Positions 60,301 to 64,000 of a DNA stretch of 64,000 nt are shown here, piece by piece. The position numbers and the translations under genes were made by a program. Origin of the DNA: an uncultured Planctomycetota bacterium (GTDB taxonomy: Bacteria > Planctomycetota > Planctomycetia > Isosphaerales > Isosphaeraceae); NCBI GenBank assembly GCA_963823665.1, contig CAWGMQ010000004.1, positions 1,504,001 to 1,568,000 of the forward strand, written 5' to 3'. The number at the start of each line of letters is the position of its first letter. The stretch's first letter is position 1. The notes below the pieces were generated by a model. The model was not told where the DNA came from. It worked only from the letters and a program-made list of their open reading frames with translations, and did no database searches.

Positions 60301-62830
60301 TAATCCGGCCGTCCAATAGCGATGAGGCGTCCAGGCCGCTGACCGACCAGGTGCCGTCGGCGTTGGTGGGGGGGGTGAAGTGCCCCGTCACCGTGTCGGC
60401 ACCGCTGCTGACCTGGCCGAGGGTCACGGTGCCGTCGGTGATGAGAACAGTAATCGGATCGGCGTAGTATGGGTCGGCGGTGATCGCCTCGGTGCCGCTG
60501 ACGGTGATGTTCTTCACGTTGGCGGCGTTGATGTCAGGCGCGGTGGTGAATGCCAGCGGCGGTCCCTTGACGGACGGCCAGGCTGACAGCCCGCCAATGA
60601 CGCTGCCGCTCAAGTTTTTCTCTGTAATCGTCCAGTAGATCCAGCCGTCAGAAAGCCCGGAGGCATCGAGATTGGGCACGAACCAGGTGCCATCGCTCAC
60701 AGTCACGGGACCGGCGCCGGCATAGTCATAGGGAGGCCCATTGGCATCGTGCACGCTCACCGTGACGGTGTCTCCGTCGTGGATTCCTGTGCCTGTCAGG
60801 ATCACGTTCTGGGCATTGGCATCCGAGATGTTCTGGTCGCAGGTGAACGTGACGTATCGAGCGCTGGTCACTGTCACGGTATCGGAGGCGGTGTTGTTGG
60901 TGTAATCTTCGGCGACCAGGCCGTCGGGATCGACCATCGCCACGCCGCCCGGGCGCGGGTTCGGAGCATCTCCGATCTCCGTCGGCGTCGCCTTGAACAC
61001 CACGTCGAAGCTGCCCCCCGGTTGAATCGTGAAGTCGGTGCCGTCGGCGCCGGTGACCGAGACGGTCAAATTACTGTCGGTGATGTTCGCAACCGGCATT
61101 GCAGCTCCGGTCACGCCGTTCAGGTTGATCACGTTGAGCTCGGAGTACCCGATTCCGTTGTTCGGTAGGTTGTCGACCAGAAGCCGTTGAAGGTTGTTGA
61201 AAACCGCCGGCGCAGTGCCGTCGTTGCTCACGTGCAGCGTCCAGGTCCAGCTCATATTGAGCGCCGCGGTATTGCTGACGTCATCGGTGATTTTCAGCTT
61301 CAAGTCGGCCAGATTCGGGTTGAGCGTATACCCGATCACGTCAAACAGGGTGAGCTCGCCCTGATCAAGAGTCGGCGCGGTCGCTGGCCTGGCATTCGAG
61401 TCTTGAACCTGGACCAGAGGGCGGCCGCGCGGGCTGATCCAATCGCCGTAGTCGTTTCCCGCGACGTTGTTGAATTCTTCACCGAACACGTCATGCGCCC
61501 CTCCATCGATCGAGAAGTAGGCCGCGGTCGCAGGATTGAAGTTATAACTCAGCACGCCCGAGAGCCCAGGCCCGGGCGGCGCGGTGTAGCGAAAAAGAGC
61601 GCCTGGACTAGGAACTGGCGGGGCCGCGGCGCTCGGATTGCTCGTCACGCCGAGCCCAGGCCCTGCGCCGCCCGCGCCCAGGACCTCGCTAAGCTCATGC
61701 AACACGGTCGAGAGCAGGTCGTACTGCGTGCTATTTGCCGGGGCGGGACGGGTGACGTTCAAGGCAGACAAGTTGAGATAGATCGTGGCGGCCGGTGACG
61801 GAGACGGAATGCCCAAGGCAGTCGCTAGCGCGCGCGTGAGCGTGATATCGGCACCTCCTCCCGGCGATGCCACGTTGACGACTGGCGCAACGGTGTAATC
61901 GGTTCCTGCGTTCGTGATATGAAAGCCGGTGACGACACCTGTGGCGGGATCGACGATGGCCGTAGCGGTCGCTTGTACGCCCCCTCCATTTGAAGGACTG
62001 ATGAAGACTTGCGGCAATTGCGAGGCATCGTACCCCCCACCCCCGCCACCGGCGGGCACCACGATGGAATTCACGGTGCCGGCGCCATCAATCGTTGCCA
62101 CGGCCGTGGCGTCCTGGCCGCCGAGCGGCGCCGGAAGATTCGGACCCTTCGGAAGAAACTGCATCGCGGTAACGTCGTCGGTGCTTGGGCTTAGTTGGCC
62201 GCTCAGAGCCGTCAGGTAGCTCGCGTACGTAGGCGAAACAACAAACGTTGAGCTTGCACCGAGGCCCGAGAGCTCCGCGACCGCGGTGGCCTGTGTTCCG
62301 GGGCCGGGAGGTGGATCGATCACGACATTCGGGATCGTCGTGTAGCCGCTACCATGGGTGCCGCCGTTATCAAAGTCAAAGCCCGTGATCTTACCGTCGG
62401 GCGATACGACCGCCGTGGCGGCCGCCTGGGTACCGCCCCCGCCGGGGACGTCGATCCTGACATGTGGCGGGCTAGCAGGGTTATACCCGCTACCGGCATC
62501 TTGGATTGTGAGGTCGTCGATCGAGCTCTGCATGACCGAAAAAACGACGCTTACAGTCGTGGGGTAAGTCGTGGTCAGAAAGCCGTCCAGGATTCGAGCC
62601 GCCGTGTTGATCGTGTCTTCAATCGCTTGATGGTTGGGAAGATTGGAAATGCTGGGATCGGGCGTCGCCATGATCGTCAGCGACGCCGGAACCGCGCGAT
62701 CCTCAAGCATCTCAATCACCAGCCGGCGGCGAGCCGATTTCTGGCGACCGGCCGCCAAACCTCGCCGTCGGGCCCGAAACGACGGAAATCCCCAGTTCAA
62801 TCGACCCGGCGAAGACTTGCGAAACTGCAT
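54331..62830 (-). CDS. Giant surface protein (~2,830 aa): metalloprotease-like domain, Ig-like repeats, NHL propeller, PKD-like/lectin-like/Fn3-like domains, basic C-terminal domain; apparent frameshift near 57790
   Basis: RRLVIEMLEDRAVPAS; VLHELSEVLG; eight ~100-aa PTV.MTAP..PTLSATA repeats running across the frame break; P.G.AFD..GNLYV repeats. Confidence 0.82.
57240..59640 (-). repeat. Eight diverged ~300-bp Ig-like (Big) domain repeats
   Basis: Repeated GSGLA.VQF.YS...G.TW..AG...T..PFSFTFTTAL.DG.YQARA.ATDN.GN. Confidence 0.85.
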
Positions 62831-62868
62831 TGTTGTAATCCCAGTGTTGCAGCCTGGACATCGTCCAC

Positions 62869-64000
62869 TCAATGCGACGGCGTGATTGCCTTTCCATTCT
62901 TCGAGATGGCAAACACCGTGGTGCCGCTGATGGGAGCACCCGTGGCGCCCTTCACTCCGAGGCTTGAGTTGCTCACAATCGCCAGCCGGCCGCCGGTCGG
63001 GAAAGTCTGCGTGCCGATCAGCGTCAGGTCCACGGTGTCGGTCGCAGCGATGTACGAGACCCTGAAGTTTGTGATCGGATGAAGGATCGTCGTCGTCTTC
63101 CTTTTGACCTTCTTGATGGTGATGCTATCGAGCTGGTAATAGCCGGCCGTCGTCGCACTCACCTGATCGAGCGCGGCGTTGAATGTGAAGCTGAATCCGG
63201 TCAGCACCGCGGGGCCGACCGGTTTGCCCTTCTTCAACTTGCGCCCGAAGATCGCCTTCTCGCCAATGATCACCGGCGGTGGGGCCGGGTTTAGCACGGT
63301 GATTGTCGCCTGGGCGGACGTGGGAGTGGTCTGCACCAAGCCCAGATTGTTGGTGGCCACGCTGTAAAAGCCGTACGTGTGGCCGGGCTGGGCGGTAAAG
63401 GATGCCGAAGTCGCGGTCGTGTGGGTCAAGACCGGGCTGAATGATCCTCCATTCACGGACGCGAAGATCTCGTACGAAGTGATGCTCGTCGCTCCCACGC
63501 CCGGAGTGCCGCTCCAGCTCACGGTGAAGGTCGTCGACGTGGTGCTGGCGGGGAGCGGATTCACCGTGCTGGTCGGTGGACCGGCGAGCGTCGGCAAGCC
63601 CGCGATCGAACTGAAGTTGGTCACCATCAGGTTGGTGGCCTCCGTGCCGGTGGCACCCTTGCCCGAGGGCTGGACACCGAAGGCGAGCCCCGCGCAGCCC
63701 GCGTTGCCGGGACTCACGTCGCCCGGCAGCGTCGCATCGCCCGGGAGGCCTGTCGAGGGGATCGCGACTGTGGTTCCGTCTGCGCCGAAGATCTGAAGGA
63801 AACCGTCGAGCGCGACCTGAAGGCCGTTGCCTTGGAATGCGACTTCGAGCGTGTGGAATTTCGTCGAGTCAAACGACTGTGGCTGCGCCGTGGTGGCCGT
63901 GACGGTGTTGTTCCGCAGGTCCACGACCTGGATCACGCCGGTGTTCGTGAGGCGAACCCAGTAGCCGCCGCTGGGGTCGAACGGCTCGCCGCCGACGATT
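62869..64000 (-). CDS. 3' end of a second giant surface protein; near-identical copy of 54331-55462 (partial, runs off the window)
   Basis: Offset 8538 bp; identical translations in several frames; only 4 substitutions seen, all within ~52 bp of the stop. Confidence 0.9.
   Translation of the reverse strand, partial: IVGGEPFDPSGGYWVRLTNTGVIQVVDLRNNTVTATTAQPQSFDSTKFHTLEVAFQGNGLQVALDGFLQIFGADGTTVAIPSTGLPGDATLPGDVSPGNAGCAGLAFGVQPSGKGATGTEATNLMVTNFSSIAGLPTLAGPPTSTVNPLPASTTSTTFTVSWSGTPGVGATSITSYEIFASVNGGSFSPVLTHTTATSASFTAQPGHTYGFYSVATNNLGLVQTTPTSAQATITVLNPAPPPVIIGEKAIFGRKLKKGKPVGPAVLTGFSFTFNAALDQVSATTAGYYQLDSITIKKVKRKTTTILHPITNFRVSYIAATDTVDLTLIGTQTFPTGGRLAIVSNSSLGVKGATGAPISGTTVFAISKNGKAITPSH

Noticed and set aside
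62869..64000. Duplicated 3' end as a DGR template/variable repeat pair
   Set aside because: Only four differences, mostly synonymous and not confined to adenines of one copy; both copies are coding; no reverse transcriptase in the window.

Overview
GC-rich bacterial chromosomal segment, very probably from a planctomycete (Isosphaeraceae-like). The basis is four proteins with the N-terminal 'LE(D/P/A)R-x-L/V' planctomycete extracellular motif, a Zn-finger/TPR Ser/Thr kinase near an ECF sigma, and giant FG-GAP/Ig-repeat proteins. In order the window holds: a VOC gene; a MITE/REP cluster; a Zn-finger-Ser/Thr-kinase-TPR gene, a ~2,900-aa FG-GAP surface protein and an ECF sigma; an orphan RHH antitoxin with a toxin stub; an NRAMP-MMPL operon; an epimerase, a second kinase and TPR proteins; an NlpC/P60-like gene; a decayed region with a mazF fragment; thioredoxin, M1 aminopeptidase, Trx-trypsin and DUF1080 genes; a 2,359-aa adhesin with a putative Cys-Gln thioester domain on ten 312-bp repeats; an exosortase E/CAAX-protease fusion with a 63-aa cargo-less VPEMD-CTERM micro-substrate; SGNH-TPR and PilZ genes; tRNA-Arg(TCG); rimO-pgsA-uppP; a peptidase-MA protein; and two tandem giant surface proteins sharing an almost identical >=1.1-kb 3' end. 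At least 8 apparent frameshifts, one in housekeeping uppP, suggest uncorrected long-read indels. The best candidates for an undescribed system are (i) the exosortase-E / empty VPEMD peptide / thioester adhesin / PilZ surface locus and (ii) the kinase-FG-GAP-ECF surface-signalling triad. All family assignments come from reading motifs by eye; no database search was run.
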